A stretch of DNA of 64,000 bases, taken from Octopus sinensis (Eukaryota). Positions 63,130-64,000 of the stretch are shown one piece after another; position 1 is the first letter of the stretch, and each line of letters begins with the position of its first letter. The notes beneath the pieces were generated by a model. The model saw only the letters and a list, made by a program, of their open reading frames with translations, did no database searches and was not told the DNA's origin. The stretch spans positions 1 to 64,000 of the forward strand of contig NW_021833665.1 of assembly GCF_006345805.1 (NCBI RefSeq), in the 5' to 3' direction. The position numbers were made by a program, and so were the translations under genes.

Positions 63130-64000
63130 TAATCAATATTGACGGTGTGACGATCAAGGAGCAACGTGTCAGTTGTGCATCAGGCTTTTAGTCTTTGTGA
63201 GTCTGGCAGAGCGACTAACAGGACAATTGCTGGATGGGGGATAAACTGCATCAGGCAGGGGTCGCTCTTGGAGGGCAGGGGTTTCAAGGGTGTTGGGGTA
63301 TGACCACTTGTGGTAAAGGTGGGGTAAGTTGGCGTGGCTCTGTGGGTAGGCGGTGAGATGCATTTCTGGTCATGGTAATTTTGGAGTCGGGAAGTGGGCA
63401 TTGGTGTTGCAGCTGCATGAGGTGCTGTTAAAGTCGGTTGAGAAGGTAGTCTCATCACTGGTGTTGGCGTGAAGAACGCAGGTGGTTCAGATACCATGAG
63501 CAGTGGGGCGTGGGGAAGAAGCAGTAGATACTTCCAGAGGAATTTTGTTGCACAGTGTGACTTGGCCTGATCCATCCACTCTCAACATGTTCGGATCGAA
63601 ATGATGTACATCTAAATGGCACCAGTTTTCCCCCCATTTGTAGGATTGGGTCAAACTTGGCTCTGGATTAGGACATAGTTCGAAAGAAGTGAGCATGTGT
63701 GTTTTGACAACCGTTCAGTAGCACTCATGTTGTGTTTACGCAGGTCTTCTTTTCAATAAGTCATAGTTTCATGCCATGTGGAATGTAGCTTGTACTTGCC
63801 GGGATGGATGGGAATAAAGTATTGTATAGGGCTGCCAAAGATGCACATGGCTGGGGACAAGTGTGTCCCCCGGTCAGGTGTATTTCTTTATTGTAGCATT
63901 GTGCACTGGAAACTGTCAGTGTTAAGGAAGCCATTGGTGTCAGTGTTGTCTGTAACGAGGCCCTTTATTGTCTCAATACCGACTTTGGCACGGCAGTTGT
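63130..64000 (-). mobile_element. Ty3/Gypsy LTR retrotransposon integrase C-terminal remnant (continues beyond the window)
   Basis: [19 protein letters not shown]...FQCTMLQ*RNTPDRGTHLSPAMCIFGSPI and FDPNMLRVDGSGQVTLCN, with stops and frameshifts. Confidence 0.85.

Overview
AT-rich animal genomic DNA, most likely an octopus or other coleoid cephalopod. This assignment is inferred from the (TA)n/(TATG)n load and from SINE and RTE repeat families I recognise from memory; it is not database-checked. The window is dominated by a 27.1-kb satellite (5331-32439) built from TGACGTTAAA 10-mers and TGACA 5-mers, with nested 361-bp, about 0.5-kb and about 2.0-kb higher-order repeats. It ends in a Helitron-like segment with a 41-nt terminal hairpin and CTAG. 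The only confidently recognisable host coding sequence is a terminal SH3 exon (35752-35997, +) of a Tuba/DNMBP-ARHGEF37/38-like gene. Facing it are tentative minus-strand exons of an unidentified gene, including a transmembrane exon. A CpG-rich, probably bidirectional promoter lies at about 43.4-44.0 kb. The rest is transposon debris: CR1-clade, RTE, Tx1/L1, Penelope-like (one with a minimal hammerhead ribozyme at 57493-57543), Tc1, Gypsy integrase and several SINE families. No rRNA, intact tRNA or CRISPR arrays were seen. Most listed ORFs are artefacts of microsatellites or antisense transposon sequence.
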